From: the human T2T-CHM13v2.0 reference genome, Homo sapiens
DNA: 64,000 nt
Assembly: GCF_009914755.1 (NCBI RefSeq)
Contig: NC_060947.1
Strand: one strand, 5' to 3'
A program made the position numbers and the translations under genes. Below the pieces are notes generated by a model. The model ran no database searches. It saw only the letters and a list, made by a program, of their open reading frames with translations, and had not been told where the DNA came from. Below are positions 49,871-64,000 of this stretch, piece after piece (the stretch's first letter is position 1; every line of letters starts with the position of its first letter).

Positions 49871-50332
49871 TAACTTGGGCATTTATTATTCACTAGCTGT
49901 AATTTGCTGAAATTTAACAAAAAGCCAAGAGTGACAATATATATGAGACTAATGCATGGGGTAAGGAGCTGTGGAGGAGGGGAGTAAATTATTTATGATT
50001 GAGAACAATGTGTTCTGGAGCAAAGAAAAAAAGATGTCTTGGTGTATATAAAATATTTTCCTCTTTTCTCTCTACAAAGTCTTCAGAAAAGTTTTCAGAA
50101 ATTAGAATGCCTTTACAAATTAAAGTTTCAATGCTACAACTTTTGGATAAACAACTAACATATTTTTAAGCATATGAATTTTTCTTCTATTATGTGATAG
50201 AAATCTGGTGCTTAGAAAACTATTAGCCTGGAAAGTTCATCTAATTGAAAACCAAAATGCTATTTGAAATTTGTTTTTATACATAGTAGTAAAATTTTAC
50301 AAACTACAAGAAATTAAAATCAGGGAAACTAG

Positions 50333-50386
50333 AATTCTAAGATGTTTCAGAATTATAAAATTCTAAGATGTTTCAGAATTATAAAA
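50333..50386. repeat. Perfect 26-bp tandem duplication
   Basis: AATTCTAAGATGTTTCAGAATTATAA at 50333-50358 and 50359-50384. Confidence 0.95.
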
Positions 50387-50969
50387 GGTACTCAGATGTA
50401 ACATTACAAACCAAATTCGTCCTACTGATTCTTGAGATATTCCCTGTTAAAAATAATGGAAGATAAAAATAAAATAATGTAAGTTAATATGTGGAATGTT
50501 TATCTTCTTATCCAAAGGCACTAAAGAATAAACAATCACAAATCTAGAGCCCCTAAAATTATGTTCTCTAGCATATTGTAAATAAAATATTATATTAATT
50601 CTACTCAGGTAAAAAAATAGAAATTTGGGAAATAAAAAAGCTCTTTACTAATTTCAGAATATAAATTGTCAATGTTAGCTTTAAATTCTAAATACATTTA
50701 TATAGTTGAAATGAAGCAGTGTATTACATGCACATTCAGAGATCAGTTCATCAAACAACAAAAGATTTATTGCTTTTGTCAGGCTACCCATATTTACTGG
50801 GCTGGAATAGAATGGTTACCATGAATCACAACTCTGTATCTTTTCTTTGCATATGACTACATGTTGAACCAAAAGATAGGTTTTTAAAATAAATCAAACA
50901 CAATGTCTGTTTGTTGCATTAACACTGTATGGACTGATACATTTATTCTGTAATTAAAAAAAAAACCAG

Positions 50970-51555
50970 CAGAAAGAAGTAAGCAAGATGAAGGCCTAGG
51001 TAGCTATAGATCCTTGTCCTCCCATGTAAATATTAAATAAACAACTAGTGACTAGTTGAAACAACTTTATACTAGTTCTTGAAACCATATTCACAGCAAC
51101 CAATTGAGTGTACAATCAAGAAAATGTCACATTCAAAATAGTAGGAGATTTCACAGTGTTTTTATTTGCCTTGTTGCACCCTTTCCTGGTATGGCAGGGC
51201 ACAGTTTGGGGGAAGTGTGGTGGCCTGATCCCCAGTCTCTTCTGTGAGTAAGAGAGTGTGAGGTGGACTGAATTTGCAACATTTTAATCTGTCTGGGGTC
51301 TGCCTGAGGAATTTGTCTCTTTATCTCCTAATTTGGAGTTTAGACAGCCAATAGTGGCACATCTCAGATCTCAGGCTAGTGGAATTGGTGAGAAGCAGTG
51401 AACAAAGCTCATGAAAACCTCAGAGAGACTGAAGACCCATGGACCCTTGGGGAAAGAGATTACTAATTGAGGAATATATAGAGCAGCTAAGGGTTCTGGA
51501 AGATGCCGGAATGACACTAGAAAATCTAGATATTTTAAAGTAGCCACATAGAGCA
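50970..51555 (+). mobile_element. Old L1M4-like 5'UTR
   Basis: Starts AAGTAAGCAAGATG...TCCTTGTCCTCCC; internal AATCAAGAAAATG..ACATTCAAAATAGTAGGA resembles L1MB-class 5' ends. Confidence 0.55.
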
Positions 51556-53325
51556 GGGGCTTCAAGATGGCTGGCTAGAGACATCTGGTATTCACCTCCT
51601 CCACAAAGAAGAAACAAAACAGCAAGTAGATAATCACACTTTGAATAGATCACCTAATAGAGAAGGCTGGAATTCAACAAAGAAGTGACAAAACACCTAA
51701 GGCAAGGAAGGAGAGGGGAGCAAAGCAGCCTACTGGGCCAGTGGGAGCTAAGAGCCTAGAGAGGTTCCCCAATACAAGTAAAGAATAAGCGAGTGACACC
51801 CAGTAGTACACATTTCTACCATGGATTCCTGCAATCTTAGCCAATGGAAAGTGCCTCAACTCACTTAGGCCCTGAAACTAACAAAGGAAGCTGCTTGAAG
51901 ATGAGGTGACAGCATTGCTCCAGAGAGGGAGCTCACACCAGGTCCCCCCCACACACCAAGTCCTAAACAGTTACACCAAGATGCCACTTTGAGAGGCCAG
52001 TCCCTACCGGATTGCTTCCTGCCCTGCCTCTCCAACAGCTCCTGCATCTCCGAATCCCTGAAGCCTAATTGTCATCATCCACATGAATCTGGGCAGTGAT
52101 GCTGACTGCTACCACCAGGGCTGAAGCACAACCCATTGGCTGTAATCCTTCTGCCTCTAGTATCAGGGCTGCCTCACATTTAATAGCACCTTGAGAAAAG
52201 GCTGCCATACTTACAACTCCCACCTGTGACTGAGATGCCTGCTACCCAGCCACCTGTTCAGGATGCTGCCACTGAAAACAATCTCACCCTCCCCAGTAGC
52301 AGAGCTGCAGCACAGCCACTGCTATCCCCACCAAGCATTCTGTAAAAGCCTGGCAATCACCATGCTCCAGCCTACCACAGCCAGTGCCTGCATACACCAT
52401 TGAGGGCTAGAGGACAGGCCTTCCTGGCTCAGCTTCATCCATCCCAATGCCTGAGCACACTGTCAGTGCCTGTAGGTTACCCCGCCCCATCCACCACATT
52501 TGGCACTACTCTTGAGTGCCTGAGGACAGGTCCACCCAGCCCATCACAGCCACTGTCAACAGCAGGATGAACTGTGTGGGAGACAGAGGATTGTCCTGCC
52601 ATGGCTGCTGTCATCACTCAGGCCACATTGCTGCTCAGGGTCCCAAGGACTCACCCACCCATCCAGGACATGGCCAGCACCTGAGGAAGCTGGCTGGAGG
52701 CCCAAGAATCACCACAACTGTATCTGTTAATACCAGTGCCAGAGTATACTGCCCTGGGGCCCAAGGACAAGCAGACTCAGCTTGCCACAGCCACTGAGGC
52801 CCATCTGAATGTCTCTGTTCCCAGCAAAACTTCAACATAGTCTCCACTAAAAATCACACCCTAAGCACTGAGAAAATGACAGACACTACTGATGCTGTTT
52901 ACAGGTGAGGAAATCATGCAAGGACTATGCTAATGGACACACCGAGAATGAAAGCCAAAGTGCCCTACACAACAAACACCATAGATACATCTTCAGGAAA
53001 AAGTGCTCCCCTACAAAAGGAAATTAAAAATATTGGAAGAGGCAACTGTTATACCAGATGCTCAGATGTCAATGAAAATACATAACATGAAAAGACAAGG
53101 AAATATGATACCTCTAAAGGATCACAATATTTGTTCAGCAACAGATTATATTCAAGAAGAAATTAATGAAAACCAGAAAAAATAATTTAAAATATTGATT
53201 ATAAAGCAGCTCAGGGAGATACAAGATAATTCAGAAAAATAATACAAAGAAATCAGAAAAACAATTCAGGATATGAAAGAGAAATGTACTAAAAAGATAG
53301 ATATCATTTAAAAAAGAAATTCTGG

Positions 53326-53382
53326 AAAAATTCATGGAATCAAATAAAAAATCTAAAAAATTCATGGAATCAAATAAAAAAT
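53326..53382. repeat. 27-bp direct repeat with 30-bp period inside L1 ORF1
   Basis: AAAAATTCATGGAATCAAATAAAAAAT at 53326 and 53356. Confidence 0.9.
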
Positions 53383-54191
53383 ATATTCAAACTTCAACAA
53401 TAGATCACACCAAGCAGAAGAACGAATTTCAGAATGGGAAGATAGGTCTTTTGAAATAACCCAGTCAGACAAAAAACAAAAGATAAAAAAGAATGAATAA
53501 AGCCTACATGACACACAGAATACCATAAAGTGTCCAAATATTTAATTTTATTGTGTCCAAGAAGGCAAAAAAAGAAAAAAGTCAAAGCAATAAAAAACCT
53601 ATTTAGTTAAATAATGACTGAAAACTTCAAAAGTCTACCAAGAGATTTATGCATCCAAATGCAGGAAACTCAGAGATCCACAAAGAGATACAATGCTAAA
53701 AGGTCTTCTCTATGGCATAATACAGTAAAACTGTCAAAAGTCAAAGGCAAAGAGAGATTCTGAAAACAGCAAGAGAAAAGTATCTAGTCACCTTTATAAA
53801 ACCCACATCAGACTAACACCAGATTTCTCAGTAGAAACTTTACAGGCCAGGAGACAGTGGAATGGTATCTTCAAAGAGCTGAAAGAAAAACAACCCTGCA
53901 AGCCAAGGATATTATACTCAGTAAAGTTATTCTTCACAAATGAATACGAAATAAAGTATTTCCCAGACAAACAAAAGCTGCAATTCACCACCACTAGACT
54001 CACCCTGAAATTGTTTAAGGGAGTCTGACATGTTGAAGTGAAAGACAATACTAGCATCATGAAAACACATGAAGGATAAATCCCACTAGAAGAGCAAACA
54101 CACACATGAGAAAGGGAAAAGACTCCAATGTTACCGTTACAGAAAACTATCAATTACATTTGTAAACAATAAAAGTAAAAGGAAAGAACAA

Positions 54192-54468
54192 TCCTCAGCA
54201 AACTATCACAAGGACAAAAAACCAAACACCACATGTTCTCACTCACAGGTGGGAATTGAACAATGAGAACACATGGACACAGGAAGGGGATCATCACACA
54301 CCGGGTCTGTTGTGGGGTGGGGGGAAGGGGAGGGATAGCATTGGGAGATATACCTAATGTTAAATGATGAGCTAATGGGTGCAGCACACCAACATGGCAC
54401 ATGTATACATATGTAACAAACCTGCACGTTGTGCGCATGTACCCTAAAACTTAAAGTATAATAAAAAA
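54192..54468 (+). mobile_element. Short 5'-truncated L1PA4/5 3' end
   Basis: L1PA 3'UTR and A tail. TSD AAAAGGAA(A/G)GAACAA at 54177-54191 and 54469-54483. Confidence 0.93.
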
Positions 54469-57400
54469 AAAAGGAAGGAACAAAGGATATTATTAAAAAC
54501 CACCAGAAATCAACTAGTAAAATGACAGGAATAAATATTCACATATCAATTATGATTTTGAATATAAATGAATTAAACTTTCCACTTAAAATATATAGAC
54601 TGGCTAAATGGACAACAACAAAAACAACCATCACTCCACTATATACTGCCTACAAGAAAGCAATCTCACCTATAAAGGCACATATAGACTGACAGTAAAG
54701 GGATGGAAAAAAATATTCCATGCAAATGAAAACAAAACAAGAGCAGGAGTAGCAATACTTAGATAAAACAGACTTTAAGTAAAAAACAATAAAAAGAGAA
54801 AAGGAAAGTCATTATACAATGATAAAGGGATCAATCCAGCAAAAGGATATAAAAATTCTAAGCATATATGCCCCCAACACCAGTGCACCAAGATATACAA
54901 TGCAAATATTATTAGATTGGGGAAAAAAGAAGAGACTCCAACACAAGCGTAGTTAGGAATTTCAACTCCCCACTTTCAGCATTAGACAGATCATCTAAAC
55001 AGAAAGTTAACAAAGAAATACTGTATTTAAACCATAAATTACATCAATTGGACTTAAAACACATTTACAGAATATTTCATCAAATGGCTACAGAATACAC
55101 ATTCTTCGCAACAGCATATGGAACATTCTCCAGTACAGACCACGTGTTAGGACACAAAACAAATCTCAACAACCACTTTTTTAAATTACAACTATATAGA
55201 GTATCTTCTTAGACCACAGTGGAGTTAAACTAGAAATCAGTAACAGGAGGAACTTTGGAAAACTTACAAATACATGGATATTAAACAACATGCTTCTGAA
55301 AAAGAGGGAAGAAATTAAAGAGAAAATTTTTTAAAAGTATTAAAACAAATGAAAATTGAAACAAAGCATACCAAATATAGGTACAGCAAAAGCAATGCTA
55401 ATGTAAAAGTTTAAAGCAATAAACGCCTAGATGAAAAATTTAGACAGAATTGTATTAAATGAATTAACTTCAAAAATGAGTAAAACACCAACAAACCAAA
55501 CACAAAATTAATAGAAATAAAGGAATAATAAATATCAGAGCAGAACTAAACAAAATAGACACTAAAAATATATAAACTATCAACAAAATGAAAAGTTGCA
55601 TTCTTAAAAGATAAACAAATTTGATAAACTGCAAGCTAGACTAACCAAGAGAAAAAAAGAAGACATAAATAAATAAAATCAGAAATGAAAAATAGACATT
55701 GCAACTGATACTACAGAAATACAAAAGATCATCAGAGACTATAAAGAACAACTATACACTAGCAAACTAGAAAACCTAGAGGAAATGGATACGTTTCTGG
55801 ACACAAACAACCTACTAAGATTGAATTTAAAAAGAAATAGAAAACCTGAAGAGACCAATAAAAATTACTGAGATTGAATCAGTAACAAAAAAAAAAATTC
55901 TACCAGAAAAGAAAAGTCCAAGACTGAATGACTTCACTGCCAAATTCTATGAAACTTACAAGGAAGAAGTAAAACAATTTCCCCTGAAACTATTCCAATA
56001 AAATTGAAGAGGTGGGAATTTTCTCTAATTATATAAGGCCAGCATTACCCTGATACCAACACTAGACAAGGATGCAAAAAAAAACAAATATTTTAAGCCG
56101 GTTACCCTGATTAATACAGATGCAAAAACCCTCAAGAAAGTTCTAGCAGAATGAATTCAACTGTACATCAAAAAGTTAATACAAAATGATCAAGTGGAAT
56201 TCTTCCCAGGGATGCTAGGATGGTTCAACACATACAAATCAATTAACATGACACATCATATCAATAAAATGAAGGACAAAAGCCTTGTTGTCTCAATAGA
56301 TGCAGAAAAGCATTTGATAAAATTCAGGATCCCTTCATGAGAAAAACAACATAGTGGGCCCAGAAGGAATGTACCTCAACATAACAAAGGACAAATATGA
56401 AAACCAACAACTAACATCATACTGAATGATAAAGGCTGAAAGTCTTTTTCTGGGAACTGGAAGAAGATAAGCATGCCTATTTTCACCTCTCCTAGTCAAC
56501 ATAGTAATGGAAGTCCCATCCAGAGTAATCAGGCAAAAGAAAAAATAAAAGGCAGCAACATTGGAAAATAAGTCAAATTTTCCCTCTTTGTAGATGACTT
56601 GATCTTCTCTCTAGGAAAAACCGGAAAATCCACCAAAATAATTCTTAAATCAGATAAATTCAGTAAAATTGGAGACAGAAAATCAACATATTATAATAAG
56701 TAGCATTTCAATAATCCAATAATAAATTAGCTGAGGAAAAAAAATCAATAAGGCAATGCAATTTACAATAACTACAAAAAATAGCTAGGAATAAATTTAA
56801 CCACAAGGGCAAAAGAATTCTACAAGGAAAACTACAAAACACTAATGAAAGAAATTGAAGAAGACACAAACAGAAGGATCTCTTAAGCTCATTACAAAAA
56901 AAAAAAAAAAGTCAGCTGAAAGCATCTCATTACCTGACTTGAAAATACATGACAAGGACAAATAGCATGGTACTGGTATATAAACAGACATGTAGAGCAA
57001 TGGATCAAAATAGAAAACCCAGAAATAAATCCACAACGGGAATAAGGCAATAGGACAGAGGCAGTAAGAATGTGTGTTAGAGAAATGATGCCCTCTTCAA
57101 TAAATGCTACTAGGAAGATTGCATATCCATATGAAGAAGAAGAAACTAGACTCCTGTATATCACAATATGCAAACATCAACTCAAGATAAAACCTTAAAC
57201 ATAAGACTCAAAAATATAAAACTACTGGAAGGAAACATAGGGGAAATACTTCAAGCCATTAGTGTAGACAAAGATTTTATGGCTAAGACCTCAAAAGAAA
57301 AGGCAACAAAAACAAAAATAGATAAAAGGGACTAAATTAAACAGCTTCCCCATAGAAATGGAAACAATAGAGTGGATAGAAAACCTGTTGAATGAGAAGA

Positions 57401-60400
57401 AATATTTGCAAACTCTTCATCTGACAAGGGACTATTCATTCAGCATACACGACAGACTCAAACAACTCAACAACTAAAAGACAATTTCATCAAAAATTGG
57501 CTAATTAGAGAAAGGCAGTGCAAACTGGCCAATTAGAAGGAACAATTGTCCTCCGCTCAAGAATACCAAACTGAAGAATGATCCACACACACACACAAAT
57601 CTTCATAAGAACTAAAAATCAGGTTATCAATCACAGTACTTGGCTTTAACTTAATATCACTGAAAGAGGCAATGAAGAGGATTGGAAAGACAGTCTTTAA
57701 TAGCTGACACCATACCTCCCCCAACCCCAGCAGGATCCATGTGGTGCAGAGAAAAAGTCTGTGCACTTAGGGGAAGGAGAGTACAGTGATTGTGGGACTT
57801 TGCATTGAAAATCAATGCTGACCTGTCAGCAGAAGAGAACAATGGGCAGAATTCATCTGGCATGCATGGAGGGAGTATTTAGACCAGCACTAGCCAGAGG
57901 GGAATCACTCATCCCAAGAGTAGGAACTTGAGTTTTGGCAAGCCTCACCATTGAGGGCTAAAGTGCTTTGCAGTAGTAAGTAAACTTGAAAGACAGTCTA
58001 TGTGACAAGGATTGCAGTTCCTGGGCAAGTCCTGGTACTGTGCTGGGCTCACAGCCAGTACACATGGGCTGCATATGACCTAGTGAGACAACAGCCAGGG
58101 CAGCCAAGGGAGTGCTTGTGCCAGCTGTCCCCCAACCCTAGATAGTACAGATTGCAGCTGTGGGAGCGACACCTTCCCTTCACTTGAGTAGAGAAGAGAG
58201 AAGAGTAAAGAAGACTTTGTCTTGCAACTTTGATAACAGCTCAGCCACAATAAGATAGTATCCAAGGAAGAGTCTTGAGGCTCCTATTCCAGGGCCTAGC
58301 TCCTGAACTACATTTATAGACACACTCTGGGCCAAAAGGGAACCTGCTGCCTTGAAGCACACAGTCCTGGCAGGATTTATCAGCTGCTGACTGACGTGCC
58401 CTTTGAACCTGAGTTGTCAGCAGTGGCAGCCAGGGAGTACTTGCTATGGTACTTGGGTAAGATTCAGATGTGCTGGCTTCAGTTGTGAACAAGCACATTC
58501 CCAGCTGTTGTGGGCATGGGGAAAGACACCTTCTACTTGAGAAAAGTAGAGGAAAAAGTAAAGGAGACTTTGTCTTGCAGCTTTGGTACCAGCTCAGCCA
58601 CAGTGGAGATAGAGCACCAAGCAGGTTCTTGGGGTCCCCGATTCCAGGGCTTGGCTCTTGGATGGAATTTCTAGATGTGATCTGTGCCAGAGGGGATCCC
58701 ATTACCTTGAAGGGAGAGTCTCAAGTATGGCAATATTCACCACAATATAACTGAAAAGTACATTGACCTTGAGTGAACACTGGTAGTAGCCAGGCAGTCT
58801 TTGCCACGGGCCTGAGGTGGTGGCGGCCAAGAGGTGAGACACCTCTGCATGTGGAAAAAGTAGGGAAGAGTTGACAGGACTTTGTCTTGTGGCTTGGGGG
58901 CCAGTTCGGCCACAGTAGAATAGAACACCAACTAGATTCCTAGGTTTTCCAACTCTGGGCCCTCTCTCTTGGATGTCATCTTTGGACCTGCCAGGGGCCA
59001 GGGAGAACTGCCATCCTGAAGAAAAGGACACAAGCCTGGGTAGCACTGATAATTGTAGAGCCTTAAGACCTTCAGCAAGCATAGGCAGTAACGAGGCTAT
59101 AATTTCCATGGACCTGGGGTGAGATCCAGTACTGTGCTGGTTTCAGGTCTCACCCAGCACAGTCCCAGTTGTGGTGGCCATAGGGATGCTTGTGTCATCC
59201 CTTCCCCAGTTCCAGGCGGCTCAGCACACAGAGAGACTTTGTTTGTTTGACAAAAAGTAAGGGAAGAGAACAAGAGTCTCTGCTTGGTAATCCAGATGGT
59301 TCTTCTGGATCTTATCCAAGACCACTGAGGCAGTACCTATATGAGTCTGTGAGAGATATAGCATTACTGGGCTTAGGGTGCCACTTATGCAGATATAGCT
59401 GCAGTGACCAAGAACAACACCCAAGTTCCTTTGAATACTTGAAAAGCCTTCCCAGAAAGGACAGGTACAAACAAGCCCAGACAGTGAAGACTACATTCAC
59501 TATTTAAATATCCAATGCTCAGGCACAGACGAACATCCACAACCATCAAGGCCATCCAGGAAAACATGACCTTGCTGAACTAGGCACCAGACACTAATTG
59601 TGGACAGACAGAAATATGGGACCTTTCACACTAAGAATTCAAAATAGTTGTTTTGAGAAACCTGAAAGAAATTCAAGATAACACACAGAAGACATTCACC
59701 AGCCTATCAGATAGATTTAACAAAGAGACTGAAATAACTAAAGAGAATAAAGCAGAAATTCTGGAATTGAAAAATGCAACTGACATACAGAAGAATGCAT
59801 CAGAGTATCTTGGGAGCAGAATTGATCATGCAGAATAAAGAATTGGCGAGCTTGGAGACATGCTATTTGAAAATAAACAGCCAGAGAAGACAAAATATAA
59901 AATAATACAAAATAATGAAGCATGCCTACACCATCAAGAACATAACCTCAAAAGGGCAAATCTAAAAGATTTTGGCCTCAAAGAGGAAGTAGAGGGATAG
60001 GAGTATAAAGTTTATTCAAAGGGATAATAGCAGAATCTCCCAAACCTAGGGAAAGATATTAATATTCAACTATAAGAAAGTTATAGAACAGCAAGTAGGC
60101 TTAAGCCAAATAAGACTACCACAAGACATTTAATAATCAAGCTCCCAAAAGTCAAGGATAAAAAAGAATCCTAAAAGCAGCAAGAGAAAAGAAACAAATG
60201 ACATACAATGAAGCTCCAATACATCTGGCAGAAGCCTTTTCAGTGGAAACCTTACTTGCCAGGAGACAGTGGTATAACATATTTAAACTGCTTAAGAAAA
60301 AGAAATTGTCCTAGAATAGTGTATCCAGCAAAAATATCCTTCAAACATGAAGGATAAATAATTACTTTCCCAGACAAACAAAAGCTGAGGATTTCATCAA

Positions 60401-61493
60401 TACCTTATCTGTCCTACAAGAAACGCTAAAGGGAGTTCTTGAATCTGAAAGAAAAAGATTTTAATGAGCAATAAGAAATCATCTGATGGTACAAATCTCC
60501 CTGCTAATTGTAAGTACAGAGAAAATCACAGAATTTTATAACACTATTATTGTGATATTTAAAATATTCACATCTTGAGTAGAAAGACTAGAAGACAAAC
60601 CAATAAAAAATAACATTTTTTATTAGATTTTTCTTTGCTTGCTTGTTTATGCAATCAATGTTAAGTTGTCATCAGTTTCAAATAATGGGATATAAGATAT
60701 TATTTGAAAACATCATGGAAACCTCAAATTAAAAAGCATACAATGGATACACACAAAATAGAAATGAAAACATAGCACCAGAGAAAATTTCCTTCAATAA
60801 AAGGAAGAAAAGGAGAAAGGAGAAAAGAAAGAGAAGACCACAAAATAACCAGAAAACAAATAAAATGGCAGAAGTGAGTTCTTACTTATCAATAACAATA
60901 TTAAATGTAAATGGACTAAACTCTCTAATCAACAGACATAGGCTGAATGAATAAAAAAGTAAGACCCAGTGATCTGTTGCCTACAAAAAACACACTCCAC
61001 CTATAAAGACACACCTAGACTGAAAATAAAGACATGAAAAACAAATTCCTTGTTAATGGAAATCAAAGAAAAGCAAGAATAGCCATACTTATATCAGACA
61101 AAATAGATTTGAAGACAAAAAGTATAAAAAGAGATAAAGAAAGTCATTATATAATGAAAAGGGGTCAAAACATCAAGAGGCTATAACAGTTGTAAATATA
61201 TATGCACCAAACACTGGGGCACATAGATATATAAAACATATATTATTTCGGGTAAAGAGACAGATAGACTCCAACATAACATCTAGAGACTTTGACAACC
61301 TACTTTCAGCACTGGACAGATAATCCATACAGAAAATCAACAAAGAAACACCAGACTTAATCTGCACCATAGACCAAATAAATCTAATAGTTATTTACAA
61401 ATCATTTCATCCAGTGGCAGCAGAATACACATTCTTCCCCTCAGCACAAGGATCATTCTCAAGAATAGACCACATGTTAGGCCACAAAATCTT

Positions 61494-63342
61494 CTTTTTT
61501 TTTGGCTATTTTAAAAGTTTATTTTGACATAACTATGCTTACAGAAGTACACACAAAGTATTTAATGGAATGCCATTAACATTTAACTTCTCCTACACAA
61601 TTTGGACCACAAACTTGGTACATGGTTTACGATTTTTTAAAAAATCACAATGTGGTTTATCTATTACTAATGTATAAAAGACTCTCTATAAAATACTGCT
61701 AAAGAAGATTCAAGAACCTTGAGAAATGTACTTTTAGTTCACCTCGGAAAAATAACACATATTGTACTCCATATGTTTATAATACTGGTGCAACAAAACA
61801 TTGAAAACATAGTTGTAATGTCTTAATGCCAGCATAGAAACTTCAATAACTAATAGATATGGAAGGGAGTGAGAGGGAGCCTATGTACACATTTGAAACT
61901 GTAATAAGATATCTGATTTATTTAATATTGCATGTAGATGGTAAGTATACTAAAATCAAAATTTGAGTAATTTCTTCAGTCTGAATTAATACTATGTGCT
62001 CTCTTCATCTCATGAGGTCAACAAGAAAATGGGGCATACTAGCTGTAACTTCTTCTGATGTGTGAAAAATCATAAATTATGTTTCTTTCTCAGCTTTTCA
62101 GTCCAGAAGTGGCAGTATACTACAGCAAGGTGTTTCTTCCATTGTCAACATTCATAGAGTGACATATAATGTGTACTACAATTTTAATTTGTGTCATCAC
62201 TCGTGCAAAATGTAACATGCTAACGTTTTGTTTCTTGATCATAAGAAAAAATTCTAGCTTCAATTCTATCCAGTGTGGGGGAGGGGAAATTGGAAAATAA
62301 AATCATTCGAACATTTGTGTGCAAATATCACCTTTTTCAAATGGAAGAATTTCCAACTGAACCAGAAGTTCATACTGCTAATACACATTTCATTGAAACA
62401 TTTTTTAATAAGTACAAATACATGGTATTAAAGTTCAAAACCTAATACAGGCCAGAAAATTAAGTTCTTATTTTCTGAAGAAGGCCTCAAGTCCCAATCA
62501 ATTTCTAGTAACAATGTTTTTGCAGATCAATTTAATAATAAGGGGTTTTTATTTCCTTCATATTTTTGTTTTGGTCTTAAAGGCTAGATTAAAATTTAGT
62601 TCAATCCCCCAGAAAGCAACTGGTTTTACTTTTGCACTATCAAAAAAAAAATCCACAAAAAAACCTCTTCTCCAAACCAATTCCTAAACTGAATCTGTGC
62701 TCAAGATGAATCTTTTTCTGTACAATGTAAATGGTTACTTAGGTGAAATGTACCTATGAACATTAAAACCGGTTGTTTGAAAGATTTAGCTAGACTTATA
62801 ATTTAAGTTTTAAAACATAAATATGTGTAGCTTGATCTTCTGTTGATAGTGATTGTCAGACCCTAGATTTCAATATTTACAAATTCCCATTCATGCACAC
62901 AAAACATATACCATAATCACATAACTTACTCCTCATAGATTGAGAGATTCTTCTGTTGCTTTAAATCTTTGCCCTTCCAGTCAATTTCAAGGTAAAACAA
63001 CTTTTAACTCAGACTTCACTCTCAGACTATTAACAAATTTCCACCCACACATTATTAATGCTTATCATGTACCCACACATGATATTTCCTGTTCTACTGG
63101 CAAAATCGGAAACCTGCCTCAAAGAGGTCATCAGATTTAAGAAAAATGGACCATAAACTGTTTATTGCAAAATATACTATGAAAGGTCAGAATTCAAGAT
63201 TCCCTATTGGTGTCATACTTCATTTTACTGCAATGAATAAGTGCTTTCAGAAAAAAAAAGAAAGAAATCTTATGTTGGATTATTTCATACTTTTTAGATA
63301 CTAGCTAAAGAACCTACAAAAATGTTTTGGAGTATACACCCT
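61494..63342 (-). pseudogene. Retrocopy of a cellular 3'UTR-like sequence (or orphan transduction) inserted in L1 ORF2; source not identified
   Basis: L1 ORF2 breaks at ...ATGTTAGGCCACAAAA and resumes at ...AAAAGTGTTTTAAAAATTCAGAAAATGGAA. The insert has a T run at its left end. The minus strand ends AAAATAAACTTTTAAAATAGCC-A(n), i.e. AATAAA ~14 nt before the tail. No known repeat recognised inside. Confidence 0.75.
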
Positions 63343-63518
63343 ACCAAAAAAGTGTTTTAAAAATTCAGAAAATGGAATTATATCAAGTATCTCCTCTGGT
63401 CACAATGGAATAAAACTAGAAATCAATAACAAGAGCAAGTCTGGAAACTATACAAACAAATGGAAATTAAACGATATGTTCCTGAACGATCAGTAGGCTA
63501 ATTAAGAAAATAAAAAGA

Positions 63519-63921
<403 letters not shown>

Positions 63922-64000
63922 TTAAAGCTGTAAGTGCCTACATTCAAAAAGTAGAGAAAATTTAGATAGACAACTAAAGATGCATTTCAGAGAACTAGAA

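Larger units (their letters stand above)
51556..57505 (+). mobile_element. L1M2/L1MA4-like LINE-1 from the 5' end through most of ORF2, interrupted at ~57505
   Basis: GGGGCTTCAAGATGGCTGGCTAGAG start, GC-rich 5'UTR, ORF1 (CAGATTTCTCAGTAGAAACTTTACAGGCCAGGAGAC) and decayed ORF2. Confidence 0.88.

Noticed and set aside
56870-56910. Gap in L1 ORF2 ending at an A run
   Set aside because: Ordinary internal deletion in an old element; no TSD or insert.
58241-59507. Several 94-153-aa ORFs
   Set aside because: Chance ORFs in a GC-richer L1 5'UTR. The same applies to 809-1989, 23302-24001 and 51371-52847.

Overview
Primate (human-like) AT-rich intronic DNA, mostly nested LINE-1 fossils plus Alu, MIR, L2, LTR and DNA-transposon relics. 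The only cellular coding feature I can support is a 54-bp minus-strand exon (44889-44942, ISGNLTVPWITGCSRKRA). From memory it matches HDX (highly divergent homeobox, Xq21), just before the second homeodomain, which would put the whole window inside that gene's introns. Most listed ORFs are L1 or Alu debris. Observations that the repeat annotation does not explain: a ~100-bp mitochondrial CYTB insertion (NUMT, 8284-8383); a ~1.85-kb polyadenylated 3'UTR-like retrocopy inside an L1; a very young twin-primed L1 with a GCG/A signature and a 36-bp microhomology deletion; an L1 whose 5'UTR/ORF1 is replaced by a 60-bp palindrome; an L1-Alu chimera without a TSD; and a Charlie5/MER33 transposon split by ~10 kb of nested insertions. 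I found no convincing new biological system. Subfamily names come from recalled consensus sequences and need RepeatMasker/Dfam confirmation. Boundaries of old elements are approximate.
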